Below, in pieces: positions 30,748 through 43,252 of a stretch of DNA of 64,000 nt; within the stretch, counting starts at the first letter, position 1; each line of letters starts with the position of its first letter. The stretch lies in NCBI GenBank assembly GCA_963812605.1, contig CAWEWF010000003.1, positions 32,001 through 96,000 on the forward strand. The letters run 5' to 3'. A program made the translations under genes and the position numbers. The notes beneath the pieces are model-generated. The model worked only from the letters and a program-made list of their open reading frames with translations. It ran no database searches and was not told the DNA's origin. Source of the stretch: an uncultured Verrucomicrobiae bacterium. GTDB lineage: Bacteria; Verrucomicrobiota; Verrucomicrobiia; Palsa-1439.

Positions 30748-32262
30748 TCACCCAAGCCCTAAGCGTTGCTGGTTTTTACACGCTTCTTCAGAAGATGGTA
30801 GGTGCGAGAAGCTTATGTCAATTTCGCCGTCGCCGATGACGATCTTTTCCAGGAGACTTTCAACAATCTTCCGCTTGTCATCCGAAGCCATGGCGGGCCA
30901 ACGGTCGTAGAGGGTGTTGGCTTCATGCAAGATATCGTCGGCGGAGAGCTTATTGACTTTGAGGAAATCAACCTCCGCCTGGAGTCTCGGAAGTTCGGAG
31001 ACAAGCTGGTTCAACCGCTCCTCGGCGGGTTTGTAGAACTGCCCAAAGCCTTGGGCGGTGATCTGGCCTTCGAGATACAACCGATGGGTACGGGTCATTT
31101 CGTCTCGGACTTTCTGCAACTCCCGTTGGTGTGTATCGAGCAAGGCTTGTTTCTCGGCAAGATTTCTGTCCGCTTCCTGCAAATGCCCAGCAATACGCTC
31201 AGGCTGGCCAAAGAACGCCTTCAATTCTTGATGGACGATGGTTTCCAGGTCCACGATCGGGATCTTGTTGTGGCATTTGCGGCAGAAGTACTTGGGATTA
31301 TCAGCACGGACATACATCTTGTGGCCACACGCGCAATGCGCCAGACCGCTGAATAAGTGCACCGGCGGTTTGCCCGGTTTCTTCCATGATTTAAGCTGCT
31401 CTTCGACGATCTGATTGACCTGATTCCACAGGGCTTCGGGAATGATTGACTCGCATTCGACCTTTCCCCATTCACCCTCGGGTTTAGGTTCGGCGCGCCA
31501 CGATCCAGTATGGTGGAAGCGGTTAAAATAGTAGACTCCCTTGGCGCTGGGATCGACAAGGATGCGCAGAACCGAGGTGTCGCGCCAAATTGCACCGTCA
31601 CGGGTGCGATAGCCGGCGGCGTTAAGAACCCTAGCGACATTGCCCTTGCGTCGGTTCGCCAGAAAGAGTTCATACGCTTTGCGACGAATCGCTGCCTCTT
31701 CTGGCTGGACGATCAACTTGCGATCTTTCCATCTATAGCCATACGGGGCACTGCCATTGATGGACTTGCCCATCTTGGCGCGGGTCAGGACGGACGCATT
31801 CACACGTTCGGTAATTTCCTCCCGTTCCCATTGGGCGAACACCCCGAGCAGATGAAAAAACATGCGCCCGGCGGTGCTGGTGTCGATGGCTTCACTCAAA
31901 GAAATGAGATCGGCCTGGTGCTTGTTAAAGAAATCGGCAAAGTCTTCCAGTTCGCGACGGTTGCGGGACAGACGGGCCAATTTGGAAAAAACCAACCCAG
32001 TGATATGGCCGCGCTCTACATCTTTCATCATCCGCTTGGCTTCGGGGTGCTGCATGACGGCCTTGCCGCTTTGTCCGGCCAGGTCATAGACCTCTTTGAC
32101 CTGCCAGCCGCGGCTCTTGGCGTAGCTGCGCGCGCGTTCCTTGTGATGTTCCGGGCTTTCGCCTTTGGCTTGGTCTTCGGTGCTGACACGAATCCAGATG
32201 CCAACAGACTTATCACTTAATTCCTTCAATGAGGCAGTTTTCACAGCACATACCGTAGTCAT
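30748..32262 (-). CDS. Large serine recombinase (integrase)
   Basis: WIRVSTEDQ catalytic Ser, LARLSRN, FAQWERE, APYGY, Zn ribbon CACG..YFC..C, coiled coil; start uncertain. Confidence 0.93.
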   Translation of the reverse strand: MTTVCAVKTASLKELSDKSVGIWIRVSTEDQAKGESPEHHKERARSYAKSRGWQVKEVYDLAGQSGKAVMQHPEAKRMMKDVERGHITGLVFSKLARLSRNRRELEDFADFFNKHQADLISLSEAIDTSTAGRMFFHLLGVFAQWEREEITERVNASVLTRAKMGKSINGSAPYGYRWKDRKLIVQPEEAAIRRKAYELFLANRRKGNVARVLNAAGYRTRDGAIWRDTSVLRILVDPSAKGVYYFNRFHHTGSWRAEPKPEGEWGKVECESIIPEALWNQVNQIVEEQLKSWKKPGKPPVHLFSGLAHCACGHKMYVRADNPKYFCRKCHNKIPIVDLETIVHQELKAFFGQPERIAGHLQEADRNLAEKQALLDTHQRELQKVRDEMTRTHRLYLEGQITAQGFGQFYKPAEERLNQLVSELPRLQAEVDFLKVNKLSADDILHEANTLYDRWPAMASDDKRKIVESLLEKIVIGDGEIDISFSHLPSSEEACKNQQRLGLG

Positions 32263-32323
32263 TATGACTACACTTTGCAAGAATAAAGTGGCCTTGTGTC
32301 CAAGTTGTTTCTACACTGGTGGC

Positions 32324-32560
32324 GTGCCAAAAGACACTCAAGTGAATGAGACGGATCTGGCAGCCCTCGCCAAAAGGTGTCGCGAGGCGTCGGGTAAGAA
32401 TCGCGCGCAAGCGGCCCGCGAACTCGGCGTGGCGCGTCCGACGCTAATCCAAGCGGAGGATAGCCCCGATAAAAGTTTGTTTAAGCTGCGCAAGCGAATC
32501 ATTGAAAAATACTCTCCCTACAGGCTAGTTGGCCCCGTATACTGGCTGAGGCGGAAGTAG
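32324..32560 (+). CDS. Small XRE-type HTH protein (regulator or directionality factor candidate)
   Basis: NRAQAARELGVARPTLIQAE; divergent from the integrase; TACACT 6 nt before GTG. Confidence 0.7.
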   Translation: MPKDTQVNETDLAALAKRCREASGKNRAQAARELGVARPTLIQAEDSPDKSLFKLRKRIIEKYSPYRLVGPVYWLRRK

Positions 32561-32575
32561 CGTCGGTCGGCCAAA

Positions 32576-33406
32576 TCAACCGCCGGCTGCAAGTCGCCGA
32601 ATACGATCAAACAGCCGGCGCCTGAACATTTCTTCATAAACGCCCTTGGGTAGGTGATTTCGGACCCACTGCATTGAGTCGACCGTGTTTTCAACAATCC
32701 ACCGGCGATCACCGTGGCCGATAATTCACTAGCATTCTCCCGATTAGAAACTGCAAGAAAGGGAATTCCAGCCGTTTCGTCTTCAGCAAGTGTGCTTGGG
32801 TTTCCCGAGACAAAGAACAATTTTGCGGTCGGTTCGGAATGACCTACCAAAATAATCCGTGTTCGCGGCAACGTTAGCCAAATTGGGAACCCAGTCAACC
32901 GGGTTCGGTCTTCGTCGCGACGAGATCGCTGTCGTTTGCGATAGCAATCTCAATCGGTCCCGGGCTTCACGGTCAACAGCGGGTTATCTGTAGCGATTTT
33001 CTGGTGCGCGACAGCGATAGAAGCGAGCGAATCCGCAGCTTCTGAAACATACTCTGTCTGACTCATTGGTGAAGACATCAACGTCCAGCAATAGAAGTGC
33101 CCGCACAATTTCGTGATGGCCGATATGCCACGGCTGGTAACGGCCCGCGAAAATTAACGTAGCGGACGTGAGTCGCTTGTACAGATATTCAGGAACGTAA
33201 ATGCCAATGGGGTGACGTTGCTTAATCATCGAAGAACCCCCATAAGGCCCGAAGAAAACCGGTATATGGCCATCATGACTAAATCGCTCAATGGCCGGCT
33301 GGCTATCAACATCGAAGAAAAAAACGTGTTGCCGCTTTAGTGGTACGCCGATTGCTTGACTACCCGGTGGCTGTTCCTGTATATTTGAGGGTGTGGTTTG
33401 GGGCAT
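32576..33406 (-). CDS. NMN adenylyltransferase (NadM)-like nucleotidyltransferase, frameshifted
   Basis: FAGRYQPWHIGH (HxGH), DNPL, VSGNP, LSATVI, WVRNHLPKGV recovered across frames. Confidence 0.7.
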
Positions 33407-33662
33407 ATGTTCCTCCTTAGCGGGTGGACTGTCTCTGGCCATACCCGGGCTCGTTCCGCAAGAACGAGCCTATTTTTTTATTTTAGTCGCCTCACTTTCG
33501 CCATCTTCTCCTCTCACCGAACTGCTGCATTACAGCGTACATTTTACCATCTAAATTTATGGCAGTCAAGACCGTACAATATTTGTGGTTTCAAAGTAGG
33601 CCATGTGGAGTATAGTGAGAGGGTCAGGAACGGCCTAAACAGGATTTCGGGATAAAGAGCTT

Positions 33663-34158
33663 ATGATGAAGAAGGACAGTAAGAACATGGGGAAGGCTTT
33701 GGATGTAATCAGCAATGGTTGGGCAATGGCACGAATATTGAGCGAGCACGGGCGGGCGACTACCTCACCGCTTGGCTTCCAAGGCTTAGATCCGCGTGAG
33801 TTTTTGGTTGTGAAACTCGTGGAGAAGTTTCCTGGACATGTTTCGCAGAAATTGATCACGATCCTCTTTGGAATTCAATTTGGCCAGCAAGCCAAAGGTG
33901 AAGCACCTCGAGAAGCTTGACATCCTGAAGCCGTCAGAACGCGGCAAACCGTTGGTGTTAAGCAAAAATGGTCTCCAAGCGGTTGAAAAATTGCAGAGGA
34001 TACAGGCAAGTCGTTTTATTCCCTTGTTTACGGGTTTAAATGACAAAGAGTTCGACCAATTGATTGTGGTAATGGGAAAAGTCGATAAGGCAGCAACCCG
34101 CCTTGTTGAAGAACGGCTTTTCGGCAAACCGCCGGTGGACGAAGAGTTTTTGAGTTAA
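33663..34158 (+). CDS. MarR-like winged-helix regulator (frameshift near 33890)
   Basis: GLDPREFLVV, VKHLEKLDIL, LVLSKNG, LFTGLNDKEFDQL; divergent from the NMNAT-like gene. Confidence 0.6.
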
Positions 34159-34379
34159 TGTAGATTGGATTATTTGTCATGCCTGTTGTCCAAATTTCGT
34201 TTGCCCCCTAGGGGAGGAACCCGGCGGTGGCGCAAACCTGGATCTTTCATGCGGGGGAAGGCCCCGTCAGAGTCTGCTCAAACTGCGGATATGGATGATT
34301 GAAGCGTATTCACCATTGGTTGTCCGGCCGGTCTTCCTTTTGAAAAAGAAATGACGATTCCAAAAGGTGCATGGCGGGA

Positions 34380-34630
34380 TTATCTGGCTTTGGCAGCTTT
34401 GTAGGCTCGCCTAACCAACTCACCGAGATCAACTTCTAGGGCGGCGGTCATACGCAAAACTGTTTCCAGTGAAGGATTTCTCATGCCTCGCTCCACGTAG
34501 CCGATCATTTGCTCGGATAAACCAGACCGTTCGGCCATGGCATATTTGGAGAGTTTCTGGCGTTCCCGCTCCTCGCGGAGTAGACGGGCGACCTGCACGC
34601 AAACCGCATGATATGTTTATCCGGCAACAT
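34380..34630 (-). CDS. XRE-family HTH regulator
   Basis: LSKYAMAERSGLSEQMIGYVERGMRNPSLETVLR; start approximate. Confidence 0.85.
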
Positions 34631-34690
34631 GCGTGAGTGTTATGCAAAGAAGAGCTTGACATAATACTTCACAGTAGTTACGTAGTAGGC

Positions 34691-34928
34691 ATGATTCGCA
34701 GACGACTTGGTCCCGATCCTCACGCCGATGGCGCACAGACAGTAGCCCTCAGCGGCTGTCCGGTAATTTTGAACTCGAATCCGGGGACTTCGCGGTAATT
34801 GGGATCGATATTACAGCTACGACCGTACAACACCTGCCGCCCAGCGCTGGGTCGCCGGATGAGTGCATTTGCTTGTCCCGCGCAAGACGCTCGTTCTTGC
34901 CAGGCCTGATATCCCGAAGCAAATCTAG
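34691..34928 (+). CDS. Small conserved-looking protein with GCPxIFELESGDFAVIG motif (frameshifted, absent from ORF track)
   Basis: Reconstructed MIRRRLGPDPHADGAQTVALSGCP-IFELESGDFAVIGIDIT...VPRKTLVLARPDIP; TTGACA box at 34656. Confidence 0.6.
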
Positions 34929-34970
34929 CTACTTTGTGCCCTTCGTCCGGCTCCGGTATAATACGGAGTC

Positions 34971-35422
34971 ATGGAGGTGTCCTCATGGATTGCAGAACAC
35001 TGGTTCGATGCGATTCAAACCGTCGGCATCATCGGCGGACTGTTGTTCACAGCGTTTGCTATGCGAAGAGATGAAAAGGCCAGAAGAATCAGCAATCTGG
35101 TGTCGATGACCGATCAGTATCGGCAAATTTGGAAAGAAACCTACGAGCGACCGAAGTTATCCGCGTGTTGGAAAAACATGTGGATGTGAATGCGCAGCCC
35201 CCTTCGGATGAGGAAAGCCTATTCATCAATTTTCTGATTCAACACTTGGATTGTGTCTATGAGGCGATGAAGGACGGGATGTTCATCGCCTTGGAAGGGA
35301 TGCGGGCCGACATCAAAGAATTCTTCTCGTTGCCGATTCCCAAAGCGGTTTGGGAAAAGTCCAAGCGACTACAGAATCAGGGTTTTGTCAGATTTGTCGA
35401 GGCCTGCCTGCGTGAACACTAG
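34971..35422 (+). CDS. Membrane-anchored helical protein, DUF6082/DUF4760-like (frameshift near 35163)
   Basis: N-terminal TM, then QYRQIWKE...FFSLPIPKAVWEK..FVRFVE; promoter TTGTGC-N17-TATAAT at 34934-34962. Confidence 0.6.
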
Positions 35423-38400
35423 GATTTCTTCCGCATGGCTTCAGCGGGGCGCGGTAGGCTATCTCCTCGCGTTGCCTCTGTTCTTCCGGCGTGAGCTTCG
35501 GGACGGAGCGCTTGACCTTGTAGCCCTGACGGATCGTTTCCTCCAACTTCGGGACTGGCTGCGGGAGCGCCTTCAAATATGCGATGAACTGGTCGGGCTG
35601 ATGATATGACACCCTCGCCGCAGTATCCGCGCCAAGACTTGCCGAAACCGCCGCTGAGATTTTTTGCAGACGGCCCTCGTCCACGCAAATAATGGCGATC
35701 TGCGGTATCCCCGCCTTGAGGCATTTCTGAACGTTGCCGACTTCATGATCAATGGTTGTGGTGATGGAAATCTCGCACGCGATCTTCTGATCGTTTCGCT
35801 CCAGTAGCAAATCCACGCTTTCCTGACCTTCGGAAGGACGCTTTTCAATCACGCTGCGGAAGCCAAGTGCATCTGCGGCGTCTTTGATGCGCCGTTGAAT
35901 GGCTTGGTGTTGTGACCCGCCTTTGCCCAGGTCACGGAGCGGCTTCTGAATTTCCGCAGCGACCGGTGGCTCCATGTCCAATCGCGCACTCTTGTCACTT
36001 TTCGAAGCTGTTGCTTTCGGAACTTCGGCAGCGTTTGTTTCGGAAGCGTGAATCAGTGGGGAAGCGGGAACTTGAACTGCGGTCGGTACAGTGTTCGGAA
36101 CCGGAGACTGTTCCTGTAGTGGTTTGTTTCTTACGAACACGGAAGTTGGTCGGTCAGTCTCCCAGGCCTGCCGCAACATCGCTTCAACCTGCGCTCGGGG
36201 AGTGCCGTATTTTTCTCGCGAAGCCGCAATCACTTCCTGCCTTCGTTTCGCTCCTGCCGTTTCATCGGGTGCGTCGAACAAGGGAACCGAGAGGTTAAAA
36301 TCAAAATCACTCCGTTCCACGCGACAAATGGCTTGGGCCGTCTCCAAGTTCTTCAAGTCCGCTGATTCAAAGAAGGCGAACCCTTCGGCCAGCTTCTTGG
36401 CGTCGTCGTCGCCGACCCGAAACACGATGCGGGTAAACGGGTGCGACATGACGGCACTGGCTACGTCGGGACTGCGCTGCAATTGGTGTAGTTCGTGATG
36501 CGCCAGAGTCAGGCCAATTCGATATTTTCGCGCGCCCGATAGGATCTCCGCCATGCTTGGGGTGATGAAGTTGGCGAACTCGTCCACGTAGATCCAGCAG
36601 TCTCGGCGGGCGCGTGATCTGCTTGGCCTGGCGGCTCATGGCCATTTGTTGGAACTTGGAAACGAGCAATGCGCCCAGCAAATAGGAATTCTCTCGGCCC
36701 AAGAGCCCTTCGGGCAACTTGGCCAGAAAGATTTTGCCGCGTGTCCATGATCTGGCGCGAAATCCAACCGGTTCTCCGGCTGGGACACCATGTGGCGAAT
36801 CGGTTTTTGTGCCAGAAACATCTCCAAGCCTCGTGAGGATGGGACCAATGGACTTGTTGCCCGATAGATGTGGAAATCCTTTGCTGCCAGTAGTACAGCA
36901 CGTTCGGGTCTTGAACAGATTTCGAGAAATTCGGACCGGAAAGACGGTTCAATCAGGAAGCGGCGCAAGTCGGCGAGCGTGCCGCGCCGATTGCTTTCCA
37001 GAAAGGCGAGAATCGCGTTTTGCAGCACGCTTTGCATCTGGTCGCCCCAGCTTGACGACAGCCGCTGGAATACCGACACCAGATCAGAGGCCAGCAGATT
37101 CTTCTCCAGTTCGCTGTGGGCAGAAAGAATGTTGAACCCGACGGAATACTCTTCGTCAGACGGATCAACCAACACCACGTCGTTGATGCGATGTGCTGGG
37201 ATGATGCGTCAATACCTTGTCCACCAAATCCCCGTGCGGATCGAGCACGGCCACACCTTCACCGTTGTCAATGTCCTGGCGGATGAGATTGAAAAGAAGC
37301 GTGGATTTCCCGGTGCCGCTGGCGCCGATGATGTGGCAATGTCTGACCCGCTGTTCGGGCGTCAGTTTGACCGGAACAGACTGGCCGGCGTGGGCGTTGT
37401 CGCCAAGTAATAGACCAGCGACGTTCCGGACAATCGGCGGGGCGGCTTTGGTCTTGCCACTGTTGCGTTCCAGCGCCGGCGAGCGAACCGCGCTGGATGG
37501 CAGATGCACGAAGCCGGTCAACTCGTCGCTATTGAGGAGCATCCCGGAACGCCGGGACTGGCGACGAAGCACGTCCTCAACATGATCGTAAAAGGGATAA
37601 TCATCGTTCGTGAGCGGGATGAGTTCGTTGCCTTGCGGTTGGGCAAACACCTGAAGCGAACCGGCCATGTCCTTGGCAATCTGCAGCGCACGCTCAAAGG
37701 TTTCGCTTCTTGCGGCAATCCGCACGACGGCGGCATAGAGCGGAACTTCGGATTTTGTTTTCCGCCGCGCTTGGTCAGTTCGGGTTCGTTGACAAAAAAC
37801 GGTTTGCCATCGCTGCCAGTGACGGAGCGCAGGATGCTCTCCGACCATTGTCCCTGCACGGGCTGAAAGAGGACTTGGAAGAGCGCGAGGTCGGCGGATT
37901 GCAATTCCGCCAGCGCACCGACAAGCCCGACAAACGGGTCGACCGTTTGCCGCTGGCAAGCTCGTACATAAACTCACGCGCCAAGCCAAACTCAACTACC
38001 AGCATTTCCTCGCCCTCACAAGATTCCCAAGCCTGCTCTAACGGGCTTTCACATGGCAGAAACACGGCATCGGAGAAGTGGGCCTGCAACTGGCGGCGGA
38101 CCAGCGGGGCATCGCTCTGGCTGGCGACGAACTGGACAATAACGCGCCTGGCGGTCCCTAGCAATTCAAAGGCGATCGGCTCGCGACAGAGTGACAAGAT
38201 TAGAGAGGAATTGCTCAAAGGCTTCTGCAGTCAGTATCCAGCTTGGCGGGCAGGGAAGTCTGGAGTTCAATCGAGGCTGTCACGTACGAGCGATTGCGGT
38301 TCGGGTTCTTGTTCCCCTTTGGGTACGGCGGATGGTAGGGTCGGCGCGTCACTGAGTTTCTGACTGAGCTTCCGCACCAAGGAACTCAAGAGTGTTGGCC

Positions 38401-38562
38401 GCCTGCCCATCGTCCACGGTGGGGCTGTCGGGCAAATAGTGGCCGTAGAAGGGACGGAACGGTGGTTCGGGATATACGGGTTCATCAAACACCTGCCAGC
38501 CGCGTCCACGTACTTCCCACTTGTCGGAACTGCTCGGTCAGTATTTCATGCACCGAGGCCAT
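35419..38562 (-). CDS. VirD4/TraD-like coupling ATPase with C-terminal PD-(D/E)XK-like domain (multiple frameshifts)
   Basis: HCHIIGASGTGKSTLL, LDPHGDL, YVDEFANF, ARKYRIGLTLAH, FRVGDDDA; C-terminal VDLLLE..IACEIS. Confidence 0.85.
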
Positions 38563-39284
38563 GACGAATCACTTTGGTTCTTCGCGGTACAGGCACGGGC
38601 TTGTAGAGTTCGCCCAGGATGGGTGCCTGCTCGTATTGGCGAGTGAGCTTGACGCCATTGGCGGCGGTGGCTTCTTCGGCAAGTCGTTTGATGACCTTTG
38701 GCACTGTATCCAGATACAACAGGCGCGTATCGGTACGAAAATACGTTTCCTTTCGGAACCAGCACTCGTAAATGGGGCCGATAACAGGCGTTTTGATCAA
38801 TGCGGCATCAAGGTCGGACAGACCCAAGCGCAATCGTGTTCCGAAACACCTGGGCGATGGCGAAGAGAAGGCCCTGCGAGAGCGATCGCCGCGAAAGACT
38901 GCTCCAGTAGCCAGTTGGCAAGCAGCGCGTAGACTGTAGCAAAAAAGAACCAGACCCAGCACAACCGCAGGTGCCAGAGTTTCACGACGGCGGGAATATA
39001 CACACGTGCGGCAGGAGAAGAAATACCCGGTGCCAAACGGTGCGGCACACGTATCGAATATCAGACGTTCACGAATCATGCGCAGATAGACTCGTTTGTC
39101 GGATAACGGGGCCGCCTTCGTCGAATTCGACACGGGTCATGTCCATGCTGGGGATTTTGAGCGGCGGCCAATTCGGCTTCTCGACGGCGGCATAGAATTC
39201 CGAGGGGTGGATAACTGAAACCGCTCAATGAAACGCGATCCAGTGGTTTAAGACCTCACCCTTTTTTCGCTTGAAGCCGAACAT
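38546..39284 (-). CDS. Hypothetical membrane protein coupled to the VirD4-like gene (frameshifted)
   Basis: MFGFKRKKGEVLNHW..., KRVYLRMIRERLIFDTCAAPFGTGYFFS, ETYFRTDT; overlaps the VirD4-like start. Confidence 0.55.
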
Positions 39285-39353
39285 GGGTTTGTCGCAAAGT
39301 TCAGGCCGTCATTATGGCTGGGTGACATCCGAACGGTCAACGCTAAAGGGAGT

Positions 39354-40170
39354 GTGGTCACGTTGCAGAGAGCTTGTGATACGCTTGACCAGATAGCTGC
39401 TGACAAATGGATGAGGCGATTCCATCCGGTACGTTGGAAAGCCGCTGCGCGGCAATGGACGCGCGGGCTGCGACCGCTGCTATGGTGGGCGGTTCTCGTG
39501 CTTGCGCTTTATGGCGTCCGATTGCACCAGCATTTAATCAGCCAAACGCGGTTGACATACTCAGTCACGTTGCAAGGAAGGCCGGTCGATTATCAGGCTT
39601 CGGTCATGCTGGATGGTCGACCAATATTCAGTGGCGCGCCTGTGGCACTCGGCTGGCACAGCCTCTCAATTAGCCATCCCAGGGCGGAATCGTACACGAC
39701 AAATCTGTTCATCTGGTACGGGGAACACCGATCTAGCCGATGTCGCCTTGAACCGCCTTAAGGGCACGCTGGCAATACAAGCCGATCCTCCTGCCGCTTT
39801 GCTCATTATTCGCGGACCAGAATTCACGCTGACGCTGACGAACAGCTTTGGAACAGTTGAGTCGGTCCCCACAGATCAATATGTCGTTGAGGCGCGATAC
39901 CGTCATTGGCAGGGGCGACAGGAAATATCAGTAACACACAACACGATCTCGAATTATACGTTCGCCCCACAGATTGGGGTCTTGCAACTGACCTGCAATC
40001 AGCCGAATACCTCATTTGAATTGTACGGCCCTGACAATGACTTGGTTGAACGCGGCGTACTGCCGTCGATGATAGACGGCCTACCGAATAGGGAAGTATA
40101 CGGTGATCGCTTTCAATCAAGCAAATAGACAGGAGAAGATCGTAACAGTCTCGTCGGGAACGGTGAAGAA
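39354..40170 (+). CDS. Membrane-anchored beta-rich protein, PEGA-like repeats (frameshifted)
   Basis: TM helix then GWHSLSISHP, GTLAIQADPPAA, GVLQLTCNQP. Confidence 0.5.
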
Positions 40171-40383
40171 AATTGACATGTCGTTCCTGTAGAGCTGCCA
40201 GACGAGACGCAGATCTTCTTTGAGGTATTGGAGTATACGACGGGACAGAATGTGATGGTGCTTGGGGTGCTCAATGTCAAAAGCAATTTGATTCTAACAC
40301 GCATCTCTCCTTTCTGCCTCCAAACATTTCACTATCGGCTATTTGTATTGACGAATTGAGTTGGGTTTTGCTCTGTTCCTCGT

Positions 40384-41106
40384 GTGGAAACGAAAACTAT
40401 CGAAGCGAAAGATGATATCCACCAATCTCTGATTGTTTTTGTAGATTTTATCTATGCCGTTGTTTTCGTGGTCATCGTGCAAAAAGTAGTTGACGATATT
40501 CTTAACAATGAAGCCGTGGCGCTATCAACGAAGGTGCAATCTGTATTTTTATTCTGCGGCATCTTTTATTTTCTAGCGTGGGATTGGATTTTGGGCCGTA
40601 TTCTCACCCTGCGTTATCCGTATCGCAGTTACACGCCATTCTTCTGCGAAATCTGCATAGCCACATTTGCATATGGAACTGCAAGTGCCGCAATGGCTGG
40701 CAAGTTGGGTTTCCTCATTTACTTTTCTTTGCTTCTTGTGACCGGTGCCCTTTGGGCGAGGCGGACTGCAGGTCAAGTGACGCTCAAGCGGGACATTCGA
40801 GAGTTGTGTGTGATTCAAAGTCTTCAACTAGTGTTCTCCATTCTTATACTGGTGATCTTCTTTGGGTGGTATTTTTGGATCGAGACCGTAATTTCATGGC
40901 GTTTTGTTGTGCTTGCCATATCAGCCATGTGGGTGTTTATTTTCATATATGAGATGCTTGTGCCGCGGTCTAAAACAGTCACAGCTGGACCTGGGGTGCC
41001 ATTTTTGGCACGATCAGACGTTCGAAAGCTTAAGAAATGGTTAAAAAAACAACTTGAAGATGAGCCGGAAAAGATTGTGCAGTATGCAGAAAGTGGGGAT
41101 AAGTGA
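40384..41106 (+). CDS. Polytopic membrane protein (about 6 TM), AT-rich
   Basis: Six hydrophobic segments; first helix FVDFIYAVVF. Confidence 0.7.
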   Translation: METKTIEAKDDIHQSLIVFVDFIYAVVFVVIVQKVVDDILNNEAVALSTKVQSVFLFCGIFYFLAWDWILGRILTLRYPYRSYTPFFCEICIATFAYGTASAAMAGKLGFLIYFSLLLVTGALWARRTAGQVTLKRDIRELCVIQSLQLVFSILILVIFFGWYFWIETVISWRFVVLAISAMWVFIFIYEMLVPRSKTVTAGPGVPFLARSDVRKLKKWLKKQLEDEPEKIVQYAESGDK

Positions 41107-41185
41107 GGTGGGAGGAATTGTTATTATGGTGCGAGATCCGTCCGTTAACCGAAGACCGAACCATCTTAACAACTGAAGGAGTTCT

Positions 41186-41437
41186 ATGAAAAAGTCAGCT
41201 ACAACGCTGGTGTATAAACGCACGCCCGAGGTGCGTGTTATGCGCCTGGTAGGCGCCGTGGTTTTTCCTGTGTGGTTCTTACTAATGGCAGTTTTTATAT
41301 TCACAGGCGCTTCTCGCCGCGAGTGTTTGGTTGCGACGGTTTTCTTTGCAGGTCTTATCTGCTGTTGGGGATACACGGCACATGTTCTTAAAAAGAAGGG
41401 GCCCGGCCGAAGTCGAATCGTTGTTGTCAGACCATGA
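41186..41437 (+). CDS. Small 2-TM protein
   Basis: AAGGAG RBS before ATG; two hydrophobic segments; terminator follows. Confidence 0.55.
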   Translation: MKKSATTLVYKRTPEVRVMRLVGAVVFPVWFLLMAVFIFTGASRRECLVATVFFAGLICCWGYTAHVLKKKGPGRSRIVVVRP

Positions 41438-41497
41438 CGTAGACTGAACACCCGAATAGTCCGTCCACAGCGTAGGAAGTGAAGTTTCCTGAACCGC

Positions 41498-41526
41498 AGA
41501 CGCCGAAGCAATTCGGCGTCTTTTTT
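41498..41526 (+). terminator. Intrinsic terminator
   Basis: AGACGCCGAA-GCAA-TTCGGCGTCT followed by a T run. Confidence 0.8.
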
Positions 41527-41781
41527 ACGTCCACAACGCCTGCAACGGAGGCGTAACCCCTCTCCCGCGTAGCGTTAAGCGCAGTTGGTCGGCATCGACG
41601 AAACGCGTGGGGCGTAGCGGAAGGGGAAATAGGCGAGCAGCGAAGTCCCGGCGTGTGGAGTCCGAGACGATCCATCTGCGCAGCCGCGTTCGGGTGGGGG
41701 AAAGGAGTCGAGAGGGAAACTGGGGCGGCGGCCGCTCCTGTGTCCCGTTCGACGCCCAGGTTTCCAATATGCTCAAAAACG

Positions 41782-43246
<1,465 letters not shown>

Positions 43247-43252
43247 TTTATG

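Noticed and set aside
40113-40304. Ser/Thr/Cys-rich 63-aa ORF that looks like a RiPP precursor
   Set aside because: No modifying enzymes nearby; adding one A in the run after codon 6 gives an ordinary-looking protein (MRVRIKIAFDIEHPK...), so likely an indel artefact
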